Assembly (NCBI GenBank): GCA_041574955.1
Contig: JBFGNS010000001.1
Location: 28,740 to 92,739 of the forward strand
Direction of reading: 5' to 3'
Source of the DNA: Thermoanaerobaculia bacterium
GTDB lineage: Bacteria; Acidobacteriota; Thermoanaerobaculia; Multivoradales; JAHEKO01
Length of the DNA stretch: 64,000 nt
This document shows positions 40,088-50,013 of this stretch, piece by piece. The first letter of the stretch is position 1; every line of letters begins with the position of its first letter. The translations under genes were made by a program, and so were the position numbers. Under the pieces are notes generated by a model. It ran no database searches. It worked only from the letters and a program-made list of their open reading frames with translations, and had not been told where the DNA came from.

Positions 40088-43000
40088 TCAGCTCAACAGC
40101 ATCTGGAGATCTTCGGCCGTGAGCTGCTTGAGCGGCTCGCCGCCGCCGTCGAGGATGGCCTCGGCGATCTTGCGCTTCGAGCGCTGCAGCTCGAGGATCT
40201 TCTCCTCGACCGTGTCGCGCGCGATCAAGCGGTAGGCGAACACCGGCTGGGTCTGCCCGATGCGGTGCGCCCGGTCGATGGCCTGGGCCTCGACCGCCGG
40301 GTTCCACCACGGATCGATCAGGAAGACGTAGCCGGCGGCGGTGAGGTTGAGCCCCAGGCCACCGGCCTTGAGGCTGACCAGGAACAGGTTGCAGTCGGGG
40401 TCGTTCTGGAACCGGTCGACCACCTCGCCGCGCTTGCGGGTCTGGCCGTCGAGGTAGGCGTACTCGACACCCTGCTCGTCGAGATGCCGCCGTACGAACG
40501 CCAGTAGCTGGGTGAACTGGGAGAACACCAGCACTTTGTGCCCCTCGTCGAGCACCTCGGCGACCTGCTCGTAGAGCGCCTCCAGCTTGGAGCTGCCCGC
40601 CGGCACCCAGTCGTCGTCCACCAGGCCCGGGTGGCAGGCGATCTGGCGCAGTCGCAGCAGCGCCTCGAGCACCTGGATGGTCGAGCCCGCCACCCCCTTG
40701 CTCTCGACCTGGCGCAGCAGGCTGGCCTGGTAGCTGCGCTTGACCTGGTCGTAGATCTCGCGCTGGCGGTCGTTGAGGGTGCAGAGCAGGACCTGCTCGG
40801 TCTTGGGCGGCAGGTCGGGCAGCACCTGGCTTTTGGTGCGGCGCAGGATGAACGGCCGGATGCCCTCGGCGACCAGCGCCAGCTCCTGCTGGCTGGCGGT
40901 GCGGCCGCTGGTCAGCACCTCGAGGGTGGGGAGCCGGCCGAGCAGTCCGGGGTTGAGAAAGTCGAACAGCGAGCCCAGCTCACCCAGGTGGTTCTCGATC
41001 GGCGTGCCGGTGAGGGCCAGCCGGTGGCGCCCGACCAGTAACCGGCTGGCCTTGGCCGCTTGCGATTCGCGGTTCTTGATCGCCTGTGCCTCGTCCAGGA
41101 TGATGGTGTCGAACTCGACCTCGACCAGGAAGCCGACGTCGCGTCGCAGCGTGCCGTAGGTGGTGACCACCAGATCGTAGTCGCCCAGCCTGGCCTGCAG
41201 CGCCTCCCGGCCGGGGCCGCCGTACTCCACCACCTTCAGATCGGGGGTGAAGCGCTGCGCTTCGTCTAGCCAGTTGTAGACCAGGCTGCGCGGCGCCACC
41301 ACCAACCAGGGCAGCCCGGTGGTCTTCGACGCCGTGCGGTGGGTGCGCAGCAGGGCCAGCACCTGGACCGTCTTGCCGAGGCCCATGTCGTCGGCCAGCA
41401 CGCCTCCGAGGCCGAACTCGCGCAGGAAGTCGAGCCATCCGAGACCGTCGCGCTGGTAGCCGCGCAGCGTGCCGCGGAAGCTGCGCGGCTCCTTCTTGGG
41501 TTTGATGCGGTCGAACGAGCGCAGCTTGTCGCGCAGCTTCGAGAAGCCCTGGTCGACCTCGGGCTCGGGCATCTGCGCCAGCAGCGCGTCGACCAGCAGG
41601 GCCTGCGACGGAATGAACCTCAGGCCGGTGTCGGTGGTCGAGTGGGCGAGCTGCGCCAGCGAGCCGTAGGCCTCGCTCACCGAAGCCGGCAGCAGGCCGC
41701 GGGAGCCGTCGCCCAGCGAGACGAAGCGGTCGCCGCGGGCCAGCGCCGCCAGCACCTCCGAGATGTCGATCTCCTCGCCGGCGAAGTCGAGCTCACCGCT
41801 CAGCTCGAACCAGTCGATGCCGCTCTCGACGCGCAGCGCCGGCGGGCTGGGCGAGCGCAGCGAGCTGCCGTGCACTTCGACGGTCCAGCCGTCGGCGAGC
41901 AGCGGCTCGGCCACCACCGGCACCTCCTGCGGCGGCAGCTCGAGCTCGTGCCCCTTGCCGGCGGGCACCGGCCGCACGCCGGCCTCCAGCAGCCGTACCA
42001 GGGCGGCGTGCTCCCAGTCCATGTCGCGCCGCAGCACGGTGCGCCGCGGCCAGTCGACGATCGTCGAGCGCGAGTCGGCGGCGCTGACCTCCATCGAGCC
42101 GTAGACGAACGACAGCTCGGCCACCAGCGGCGCGTTGGGCAGCACCGAGGCCGCGTCCTGCTCCAGCACCAGCCTCGGGGCCGGCTCCTCCCGCTCCTCG
42201 AACAGCCCCAGCTCGGTAGGCAGCTCGAGCTGAGGCAGGTCGCCGATCTCGTGCAGCTGGGTCAGGGCCTCCTCGAGCTCTTCCTTGGGGATCAGGATCT
42301 CTTCCGAGTGGCGCAGCAGCCGGCACCATTCGATGTCCCGCGCGCGCCCGGCCATCAGGCGGCCGAGCGACGCACCGGCGACGACCAGGGCCGTGTCGTC
42401 GCCGTCCGGGGGCAGCACCAGCTGCACCGCGTCGAGCGGCACGCTGTCGTCGCCGCGCTCCAGGCTGCCGCCCAGCTTGACCGCGCCGGCCGGCGCCGCC
42501 TGCAGCCGCAGCGCCAGGCGCCAAGGCTGTCCGGAGTCCCAGGAGAGCTGGCGCCGGTTGGCCGGGTTGCGGCCGTCCCACCAGCCCAGGAGGCCGGCCT
42601 CGGCGAGCTGCGGCAGCACCGCGGCGTGCAGTCGGGCAGGCAGGCGGAACTGCTGCGCGCGACCGGCGTCGACCGGCTTCCGGCCACGCGGCCCGCGTCC
42701 CTTGCGCAGCGGCGGGGCGGCGGCGAAGGCGGTGACCAGCGCCGGCGCACGCTGCGACGTGTTGCCATCGGGAGCCTGGGCCAGCAGTGCGGCCAGCTCG
42801 TCGGTCGCCAGGGTGGCGCGCTTGAGCTTGCCGGATTTGCCGCCGCCGCGTCGCTGGAACAGGTCGATGACCACCGCGCCGGCGGCTTCGCTGGCCGCGG
42901 TGTTGATCAGCAGGCGGAGGTTGGGGGGGGCCTGCGGCCGCTGCTGTTGGCCGTCGCCTGGAGTCTCGGCTTCGACGCCCTCGAGCTCCTCGCGGAGCCG

Positions 43001-43543
43001 CCCCAGCTGGTCCTGCCAGCCGGCACGCCGTCCGCGGCTGCGGCCGCGCGGCCCCGCCGCCTTGCGCTGGCGTCGCGGTCTCGCCAGATGCACCCGCGCT
43101 CGCTGCTCGATCTGGCCGGGGTCGTCCTCGCGCTCGGTTGGCCGTTCCTTGCGCAGCGCCAGCCTGCCCCGGCCCGGCGGTTGGACCGACGGATCGAGGC
43201 TACCGATTGCCAGCAGGGTCGCCCACAGGTGCTTGCACGGGCGCCCGCCGGCAAACCGCTGGCAGGTGCACGAGGCGCGCAGCAGCCTGGACTCCGGGAC
43301 CTCGGACCAGTCGACCTCCACGGTGTAGCTCTCGTGCTCGGTGCCGGCGACGCGCGCCATCGCCCGGCCGCCGTTGACCGCCAGCTGCACCCGGCCCTCG
43401 TCGAAGTAGTCGTCCCCGCGCTGGCGGTCTCCGGGCTGGAAGTGCGAGCTGCTTCGCTTGTGCAGCGGTACGGGGCGCGGGCCGGAGCCACCGCGGGGCT
43501 TGCGTCCCGGCGGCGGACCTTTCTCCGTGGTCGTCGTGGACAT
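40088..43543 (-). CDS. SNF2-family helicase with N-terminal SWIM zinc finger
   Basis: CTCQRFAGGRPCKHLW (SWIM CxC...CxH); DEAQAIKN (DExx box), LTGTPIENHLGEL, HELICc QAIDRAHRIGQ. Confidence 0.85.
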   Translation of the reverse strand: MSTTTTEKGPPPGRKPRGGSGPRPVPLHKRSSSHFQPGDRQRGDDYFDEGRVQLAVNGGRAMARVAGTEHESYTVEVDWSEVPESRLLRASCTCQRFAGGRPCKHLWATLLAIGSLDPSVQPPGRGRLALRKERPTEREDDPGQIEQRARVHLARPRRQRKAAGPRGRSRGRRAGWQDQLGRLREELEGVEAETPGDGQQQRPQAPPNLRLLINTAASEAAGAVVIDLFQRRGGGKSGKLKRATLATDELAALLAQAPDGNTSQRAPALVTAFAAAPPLRKGRGPRGRKPVDAGRAQQFRLPARLHAAVLPQLAEAGLLGWWDGRNPANRRQLSWDSGQPWRLALRLQAAPAGAVKLGGSLERGDDSVPLDAVQLVLPPDGDDTALVVAGASLGRLMAGRARDIEWCRLLRHSEEILIPKEELEEALTQLHEIGDLPQLELPTELGLFEEREEPAPRLVLEQDAASVLPNAPLVAELSFVYGSMEVSAADSRSTIVDWPRRTVLRRDMDWEHAALVRLLEAGVRPVPAGKGHELELPPQEVPVVAEPLLADGWTVEVHGSSLRSPSPPALRVESGIDWFELSGELDFAGEEIDISEVLAALARGDRFVSLGDGSRGLLPASVSEAYGSLAQLAHSTTDTGLRFIPSQALLVDALLAQMPEPEVDQGFSKLRDKLRSFDRIKPKKEPRSFRGTLRGYQRDGLGWLDFLREFGLGGVLADDMGLGKTVQVLALLRTHRTASKTTGLPWLVVAPRSLVYNWLDEAQRFTPDLKVVEYGGPGREALQARLGDYDLVVTTYGTLRRDVGFLVEVEFDTIILDEAQAIKNRESQAAKASRLLVGRHRLALTGTPIENHLGELGSLFDFLNPGLLGRLPTLEVLTSGRTASQQELALVAEGIRPFILRRTKSQVLPDLPPKTEQVLLCTLNDRQREIYDQVKRSYQASLLRQVESKGVAGSTIQVLEALLRLRQIACHPGLVDDDWVPAGSSKLEALYEQVAEVLDEGHKVLVFSQFTQLLAFVRRHLDEQGVEYAYLDGQTRKRGEVVDRFQNDPDCNLFLVSLKAGGLGLNLTAAGYVFLIDPWWNPAVEAQAIDRAHRIGQTQPVFAYRLIARDTVEEKILELQRSKRKIAEAILDGGGEPLKQLTAEDLQMLLS

Positions 43544-43807
43544 GGAGCGAAGAGGCTCGAAAGGCGGAGCAGCTTGGCGCCGTACGGGCTGGCGCGGGCT
43601 GCGAGCGCTCGCCTGGTACTGCCCCGTCAGTCTTCCGCGCGCCGGCCGAACAGCCGCGGCGGGGCGAGCGACCGCGTTAGTGTACAGCATCCGAGGCGGT
43701 TTTTGGGCAGGTGCCCTCAAATCCGACCGAAGGATCGGCGCCCGGTGGGCATCCAACATGACAGATCGGAGGAAACCGCCAGCGGCACGGCCGGGCAGGC
43801 TGACGAG

Positions 43808-44443
43808 ATGAGAGCGACGAAGACCGAGCGGGAGCTGGTCCGGCGGATGGTGGCCGGCGACGCTTCGGCTTTCGACGAGTTCGCCGACGGCTACCTGCCG
43901 GGTCTCTACCGGTTCGCGGCCGCCCGGCTGGCCGGAGACCGGGAGCTGACCCGCGACATCGTCCAGAGCACCGCCTGCAAGGTGATCGCCAAGATCGCCT
44001 CGTTTCGCGGCGAGGCGGCGCTGATGACCTGGCTCTGCGCCTGCTGCCGCAACGAGATCGCAGCCCACTTTCGCCGTCACATGCGGAGCGCGCACGAGGT
44101 CGACCTGGAGGTCGCCGAGGAGACCGGGGCGGGTGAGTCCGTCACGCCGCCACCGGACGGGCCGGAGAGCGCCGCCATTCGCCGCCAGGCCGCCGATCTG
44201 GTCCACGTCGCGCTCGACACGCTACCGGCGCACTACAGCCAGGCGCTCGAATGGAAATACCTCGAGGAGCTGCCGGTGAGCGAGATCGCCGGCCGCCTCA
44301 ACCTCGGCCTCAAGGCCGCCGAGTCGCTTCTCACCCGCGCCCGCCAGGCGTTTCGCGACAGCTACGGCCGCCTCGCGGCCACCCCCGGCAGGGCCGCTTC
44401 GGCGCCGGCCTGGATCGGGCGGAGAATGGAGCTCGAATCATGA
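43808..44443 (+). CDS. ECF (sigma-70 family) RNA polymerase sigma factor
   Basis: Region 2/4 pattern (FDEFADGYLPGLYRFAAARL..., C-terminal HTH); ATGA-coupled to FecR gene. Confidence 0.8.
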   Translation: MRATKTERELVRRMVAGDASAFDEFADGYLPGLYRFAAARLAGDRELTRDIVQSTACKVIAKIASFRGEAALMTWLCACCRNEIAAHFRRHMRSAHEVDLEVAEETGAGESVTPPPDGPESAAIRRQAADLVHVALDTLPAHYSQALEWKYLEELPVSEIAGRLNLGLKAAESLLTRARQAFRDSYGRLAATPGRAASAPAWIGRRMELES

Positions 44444-45510
44444 GCGATCCCAGACCAGCGGCCGGCCGGCCGGTCGATCCGGCCGAGGAAGAACGTGAGC
44501 TGCGGCACCTGATCCGCCAGGCCGGACCACGCCCGGCGGTGCCGGCGTCCGATCTCGGGGAGATCAAGGCGGCGGCGCGCCGCGAGTGGCAGCGGCTGGT
44601 AGCGGCGGAGGCGGCGCGGCGCCGCTGGGCCCGGCGGCTGGCCTGGGCTGCCGGCCTGGCGGTGGCGGCGGTCGGCGCCTGGTGGTGGAGCGCCCGCACG
44701 GTGCCCCAGCCGCCGCCGGCGGTGGTGGCCCGGGTCGAGCTGGCGCGCGGCGACGTGCGGGTGGGCGGCGACGCGATCGACGGCGGCGGCGAGCCGCTGG
44801 GGTCGGGCGGAGAGCTGGTGGCGGGCAGCGAGCTGGTGACCGCGGGCGCCGCCGCTGGCAGCCCCGGCCGGCTGGCCATCCGGCTGGCCGGCGGTCCCTC
44901 GGTGCGGCTCGACCACGACTCGCACGTCCGTTTGGCTTCGCACCGGCGGCTCGAGCTGCTCGCGGGCGCGCTTTACGTCGACTCGGGCGTCTCGCCGGCG
45001 GCGGGCGGCGGCATCGAGATCGACACGGGACTCGGCGTGGTGCGCGACATCGGCACGCAGTTCGAAGTTCGGCTGAGCGACACCGGCGAGGCGCTGCGCA
45101 TCCGGGTGCGCGAAGGCCGGGTGACCCTGTCGGCCGCCGGCGAGTCGCATTCGGCCGCCGCCGGCGAGGAGCTCACCTGGCAGCGAGACGCGCCGCCGGT
45201 GCGTGGCCGGGTCGACTCGTGGAGTGCCGAGTGGGAGTGGGTGGTGGCGGCGGCGCCGCCGATCGAGATCGAAGGCCGGACGCTGGGCGAGTTTCTCGAT
45301 TGGGTCTGTCGCGAGGCCGGCTGGCGGCTGGAGTTCGTCGACCCGGCGCTGGCCGAGTCGGCGCGCGACATCCGCGTCCACGGCGCCATCGAGGAGCTGA
45401 CGCTCGAGCAGGCACTGAGCGTCGTGCTGCCCGGCAGCCGGCTGAGCTACCGGCTCGAGGACGGCGTGCTGCGGGTGGCCCGCGGCGCGGGCCGGCTTCA
45501 GAACTCGTAG
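44440..45510 (+). CDS. FecR family anti-sigma factor / signal transducer
   Basis: N-terminal cytoplasmic anti-sigma region, single TM (LAWAAGLAVAAVGAWWW), periplasmic FecR domain. Confidence 0.7.
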   Translation: MSDPRPAAGRPVDPAEEERELRHLIRQAGPRPAVPASDLGEIKAAARREWQRLVAAEAARRRWARRLAWAAGLAVAAVGAWWWSARTVPQPPPAVVARVELARGDVRVGGDAIDGGGEPLGSGGELVAGSELVTAGAAAGSPGRLAIRLAGGPSVRLDHDSHVRLASHRRLELLAGALYVDSGVSPAAGGGIEIDTGLGVVRDIGTQFEVRLSDTGEALRIRVREGRVTLSAAGESHSAAAGEELTWQRDAPPVRGRVDSWSAEWEWVVAAAPPIEIEGRTLGEFLDWVCREAGWRLEFVDPALAESARDIRVHGAIEELTLEQALSVVLPGSRLSYRLEDGVLRVARGAGRLQNS

Positions 45511-48104
45511 CTGACGCCGAGCGAGGGCAGGATACCGACCCACTGCTCCGGGTTGGGCTCGATCGCCCCCGTGTCCTGGTCGATCTGGTAGTCGAAGCCG
45601 GCCAGGTTGCCGCGGTCGTAGACGTTCTGGACGTCGAGGAAGACCGACAGGACGCCGCTGCCCAGCCGCCAGTCCCGGCTGGCGCGCAGATCGAGGCGGT
45701 GGTAGTCGGACAGCCGGCGGCTGTAGGCCGGCCCGAGCACGGGCACCAGCTCGACCTCGCCCTCGGCGTCGACCTCGCGCTCGAGCGACAGCGGCGTCGT
45801 CGGCCAGCCGGTGTGGTAGCGCCAGGCCAGGTTGAGCTTCCAGTGGCGGCTGATGCGGTAGTCCAGGTCGAGGTTGAGGGTGTGCGGCTGGTCGTAGCGG
45901 CGGGGCACGCGCCGGCCGTCGATCTGGTCCTCGGTCGAGGCCCAGGAGTAGTTGATCCACCAGCCGATCCGGTCGCCGAAGCTGCCGCGCAGGAAGAACT
46001 CGATGCCCTCGGCGACGCCCCGCTCGGGCGCCACCAGGACGCGATCGGGCTCGACTTCTGGAAAGGTGTTGACCGCCTCGTACAGGTTCTCGTAGCGCGG
46101 CAGCGGGTTGCGGACGCGCCGCTGGTACAGCTCGATGCGCAGCGCCAGGCCCGGCGAGCGGCCGAGTCGGGGCCACAGCCGCTCGTAGCCCAGCACCCGG
46201 TGCTCGGAGCGCTCGACCCGGCGGAACTCGGTTTCGCCGTCCTCCACCTGGAGCTCGTACGGACGCTGGCTCTGCGTGAACCGGCCCCACGCCAGACGCA
46301 CCACGCCGCTGGTTCCGACCGCCCAGGCGAAGTTGAGGCGCGGGCTCAGCAGGCTCTCGTCGGTCAGCGTGTAGCGGTCGTAGCGCAGCCCCACCTCGGC
46401 GGTGAGCCGCTCGCCGAAGCGGCGCCGCTCGGCGACGTAGACGGCGCCGTGGTTGTCCCGGAAGCGGCCCCGGAAGTCGATCGAGTCGAACGGGTTGGCG
46501 CGGACCCGCGCCAGCGGGTTGTCGAAGCTGCCGCTGCCGCGGTAGTCGTAGTCGGCGTCGAAGCGCCGCAGCGAGAAGCCGGCCTCCAGGCTGTCGCGCG
46601 GCGACAGCCCCAGGTTCCATTCCTGGCGCACCGCCAGGACCTCGAGCCGGCGGCGGTCGCTGATCTCGAACTGCACGTCCTCCTCGAGCTCCAGCCCGAA
46701 CCGGTCGCGCTCCACGCGGCTCCTGGAGACGGCGGTCTCGAAGTAGCGCTCGGCGTCGAGCACGGTGACCAGGGTGAGCCACAGGTAGCTGCTCTGATAG
46801 TCGGTCTCGAAATGCTTGAGCTCGCCCTCCACCGTCTCGAGCACCTCCAGCTCGTCGCCGGAGCGCAGCGCGTTGATGCGCAGCCCGACACCGCGGGCCA
46901 ACTGGTAGTCGAGCTTGCCGAAGCCGTCCCAGTAGCGCGGCCGCTCGCGGCCCAGCAGCCGGGAGGCCAGGTCGGCGGTGCCGCGGCGCAGCTGGACCAG
47001 CCAGCTGCCGCGCTGCGAGTCGAAGGCGCCGGCGCCGCCGGCCTGGGCGCTCAGCAGGCCCAGGCCGAAGCGCAGCCGCCGCGGCCCGGTGGGGGTGGCG
47101 GTGGTCATGTCCAGCACCCCGCTCATGCGGTCGCCGTGTCGCACCGGGAAGCCGCCGGTCGACAGGTCGACGTGCTCGAGGGTGGCCGGCGCGACCACGC
47201 TCAGGGCACTGTCGAAGTCCTTGAGGTGAAAGGTGTCGTAGAGCTCCTGACCGTCGAGCAGGATCTGGGTCTCGTCGCGGCGGCCGCCGCGGACATGGAA
47301 CTCGGCGGTGAGGTCGTTGGAGGTGACGCCCGGCAGCAGGCTGAGGGCGCGGAAGAAATCGTCCCCCAGATGCGGTAGCGACAGGATGTCCTCACGGCTC
47401 AGCGCCAGCGGCGCTACCGGCTGTTCGCGCAGCAGCGAGACGCGGCTGGGGGTCACTTCCAGCCACTCCTCGGTGATCGGCGCCGGGTCGAGCAGGATGT
47501 CGACGTGGGTGCCGCCGTCGGCCGTCACCGGCAGTCCCGGCAGGCGCTCGACCACGAAGCCCCGGCGCCGCACCTCGAGCGTGTAGCTGCCCTCGCTCAG
47601 TTCGGCCAGGCGGAAGCCGCCGTCCGGCGCGGTGGTGGTCCGGTTACCCGTCTCCAGCAGCCGCACGGCGACGCCGGCGATCGGCGAGCCGTCGCGCCGC
47701 GAGTGGATCGTGCCGGTGATCGCCTGCGGTCTGCCGGCCGAGGCTCCGCTGCGCGGCACGATCACGATGGTGCCGCCGGCACCCTCGACGGCTTCGAGGC
47801 CGAACGGGTTCAGCAGCTCTTCGAGCTGCCGACGTGGCGCGCCGGCAGCCGGTTCGCCCGCGATCACCATCTCGGGCCGCACCACGCTGGTGGTGAACAG
47901 GATGCGCAGGCCGCGAGCGCGCAGCTCCTGCAGGGCCTCCGCCAGCGACCTGCCGGCGTAGCTGCTCGCGGCTTCGGCCGGCCCGACCGCGGCCTGCTGC
48001 GCCGGCGTGGCGGTGGCTGCCAGCAGCACGACTGCCAGGAGCGCGCAGCAGCGAAGGCGTCGTCGAGCGGCCGGGGTCCGCCGCGGGCCAGGGAGTTTCA
48101 GCAT
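45498..48104 (-). CDS. TonB-dependent receptor/transducer with N-terminal STN signalling domain and CarboxypepD_reg domain
   Basis: STN (SLAEALQELRARGLRILF), plug, 22-strand barrel ending ...GVSYEF; convergent and 13-bp overlapping with fecR. Confidence 0.8.
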   Translation of the reverse strand: MLKLPGPRRTPAARRRLRCCALLAVVLLAATATPAQQAAVGPAEAASSYAGRSLAEALQELRARGLRILFTTSVVRPEMVIAGEPAAGAPRRQLEELLNPFGLEAVEGAGGTIVIVPRSGASAGRPQAITGTIHSRRDGSPIAGVAVRLLETGNRTTTAPDGGFRLAELSEGSYTLEVRRRGFVVERLPGLPVTADGGTHVDILLDPAPITEEWLEVTPSRVSLLREQPVAPLALSREDILSLPHLGDDFFRALSLLPGVTSNDLTAEFHVRGGRRDETQILLDGQELYDTFHLKDFDSALSVVAPATLEHVDLSTGGFPVRHGDRMSGVLDMTTATPTGPRRLRFGLGLLSAQAGGAGAFDSQRGSWLVQLRRGTADLASRLLGRERPRYWDGFGKLDYQLARGVGLRINALRSGDELEVLETVEGELKHFETDYQSSYLWLTLVTVLDAERYFETAVSRSRVERDRFGLELEEDVQFEISDRRRLEVLAVRQEWNLGLSPRDSLEAGFSLRRFDADYDYRGSGSFDNPLARVRANPFDSIDFRGRFRDNHGAVYVAERRRFGERLTAEVGLRYDRYTLTDESLLSPRLNFAWAVGTSGVVRLAWGRFTQSQRPYELQVEDGETEFRRVERSEHRVLGYERLWPRLGRSPGLALRIELYQRRVRNPLPRYENLYEAVNTFPEVEPDRVLVAPERGVAEGIEFFLRGSFGDRIGWWINYSWASTEDQIDGRRVPRRYDQPHTLNLDLDYRISRHWKLNLAWRYHTGWPTTPLSLEREVDAEGEVELVPVLGPAYSRRLSDYHRLDLRASRDWRLGSGVLSVFLDVQNVYDRGNLAGFDYQIDQDTGAIEPNPEQWVGILPSLGVSYEF

Positions 48105-48203
48105 GGCGGCTGCCGGCAGAATAGCAGGCAACCGCGCCGGCCGGCGCCGCCGCGTTCACGGCCGCGCCGGCCTCGGGCTGCAGCCGAGAGAGCTGCCGAC
48201 CGG

Positions 48204-48911
48204 CTAGCCGGCCGGGGCCTCGGCGGACACGATCTCGAGCAGCTCGACCTCGAACACCAGGGCCGCGCCGCCGGGGATGCCCGGGCGGCCGTCGTCGCCG
48301 TAGGCCAGCTCGGCCGGGCAGACGATGCGGCTCTTGCCGCCGACGCGCATGGTCTGGACGGCCTCGGTCCAGCACGGCACGACCTGGTCGAGGCTGAACT
48401 CGGCGGGCGTGCCGCGCTGCCGCGAGCTGTCGAACAGCTTGCCGTCTCGCAGCCTGCCCTCGTAGTGCACCTTGACGCGGTCGGTCGCCGACGGGCTGGG
48501 CCCGGAGCCGGCGGCGAGCTCGGAGATGACGATGCCCGACTCGGTGCGGGAGGCGCCGGTCGCGGTCGCTTGCTGGTCGACGTAGGCCGCGCTGGCCTTC
48601 TTCTCCTTGGCGGTGGCTTCGGCCACGCGCACCTGGACGAACGGCTGGATCTTGGGTCCGTACTCCTCCAGCTCGACCTGCGGTGCGCGCGCCAGCACCG
48701 AATCGGAAATGCCGGCCTGGACCATCTTCAGCTCGTCGGCGTCGAGGGCGAGCTGAGCGAGCTGCTGCGCCACGGCGAGCCCGATGGCGTAAAGGACCTT
48801 CTGGTCCTCGCTGTCGGGGGTCGTCTGGGCGGGGGCGGGCGCCGCGGCCAGCAGGACGGCGGCCAGCAGGCAGACTGCGGCGGCACGAGAAGAGGCAACG
48901 AAAACGGTCAT
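48204..48911 (-). CDS. FKBP-type peptidyl-prolyl cis-trans isomerase (FkpA-like, periplasmic)
   Basis: Signal peptide; VKVHYEGRLRDGKLFDSS ... GGAALVFEVELLEI FKBP domain. Confidence 0.8.
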   Translation of the reverse strand: MTVFVASSRAAAVCLLAAVLLAAAPAPAQTTPDSEDQKVLYAIGLAVAQQLAQLALDADELKMVQAGISDSVLARAPQVELEEYGPKIQPFVQVRVAEATAKEKKASAAYVDQQATATGASRTESGIVISELAAGSGPSPSATDRVKVHYEGRLRDGKLFDSSRQRGTPAEFSLDQVVPCWTEAVQTMRVGGKSRIVCPAELAYGDDGRPGIPGGAALVFEVELLEIVSAEAPAG

Positions 48912-49137
48912 GGGATCTCCTTTGATTCTGAGGCAGCCCGCTCCCGGCGTGCACCGGCGCGGGCGGGGAGCCCGGCAGCGGAGCGCGCCGGGCGGTGTGG
49001 CGGCTCCGAGCCTAGCACCGTTGCGCCCGCCGCAGCCGCCGGCTCCGTGCTACTCTGATGCCGCACTTTCAGCTCGAATCACGCGCGACCGGGGCGCCCG
49101 CCGGTTCGGCGGCCCGGTCGCCGGCTAGGCCAGCCGC

Positions 49138-50013
49138 TTGCCGTCACAGCGCTCCACCGTCCGCCGCCCGCCGCTGGCCGCGTACCTGCTGGTGTTCGGT
49201 CTGATCGTCGCCAACCTGCCGTCGTCCGCCGCCGGCGCGACCGACTGTGCGGCAATCGCGTCCGCCGACCTGCGGCGCATCTGCGAGCGCGGCGAGCTGC
49301 GGGTCGCGCGCTACGGCGGCGAGCGTCCGCCGTTCTTCTCCCGCACCGACGGCAGCTGGAACGGCTTCGACGTCGACCTGGCGCGCGACATCGCGGCCCG
49401 GCTCGGGGTGCGCTACAGCGAGGACGCCTCGGCGTCGTCCTTCGACGAGGTGGTGGAACGGGTGGTGAGCGGCGAGGCCGACATCGCGGTGTCCAAGCTC
49501 AGCGCGACTCTCGATCGCGCTTTCAAGGTGCGGTTCACGCGGCCGTACCTGACGGTGTATCAGGCGGTGCTGGTCAACCGCCTGTCGGTCCCCTCCGGAC
49601 GCGATCCGTTCGCCGCCCTGGATGCGCGGGGAGTGGTGGTCGGCGCGCTCGACGGCACCGCCTACATGGGCTACGCCGCCGCGACCTTCGGCCGCTCCGA
49701 GATCCGCGGCTTCGCCAGCTTCGAGCAGATGATGGAGCAGGTGGTGTCGGGCGGGATCGACGCCGCGCTCATGGACAGCGCCCGCGCCAACAGCTGGCGC
49801 CAGGCCAACCGGCGGCAGCTGATCCACGTGCGTACCACCGTCGACAAGAGTCGCCGCGACCCGCTGGCGATCGCCGTCGGCTGGCAGGACACCCACCTGC
49901 TGGCCTGGCTCGACCTGTACCTCGACACCATCCGCGCCGACGGCACCGCCCGTCGGCTCTACCGCAAGTGGTTCGCGGCGGCGGACTCCGCCGAAGAGGC
50001 GGGCTCGCCGTGA
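49138..50013 (+). CDS. substrate-binding protein family 3 (PBPb) domain protein
   Basis: GFDVDLARDIAARLGV classic SBP_bac_3 motif; N-terminal TM/signal. Confidence 0.65.
   Translation: MPSQRSTVRRPPLAAYLLVFGLIVANLPSSAAGATDCAAIASADLRRICERGELRVARYGGERPPFFSRTDGSWNGFDVDLARDIAARLGVRYSEDASASSFDEVVERVVSGEADIAVSKLSATLDRAFKVRFTRPYLTVYQAVLVNRLSVPSGRDPFAALDARGVVVGALDGTAYMGYAAATFGRSEIRGFASFEQMMEQVVSGGIDAALMDSARANSWRQANRRQLIHVRTTVDKSRRDPLAIAVGWQDTHLLAWLDLYLDTIRADGTARRLYRKWFAAADSAEEAGSP

Noticed and set aside
39252-40310. 352-aa minus ORF overlapping arsC
   Set aside because: Antisense to the ArsC gene, which carries the CTGNSCRS P-loop; Arg/Pro-rich low complexity
40088-43543. SNF2 helicase as part of a DISARM-like defence system
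   Set aside because: No methyltransferase, PLD nuclease or DUF1998 helicase partner nearby; neighbours are arsC and a sigma factor
44362-47378. 806-aa minus and 930-aa plus ORFs across fecR/TonB receptor
   Set aside because: Antisense or alternate frames, extreme Arg/Pro/Gly content, no domains
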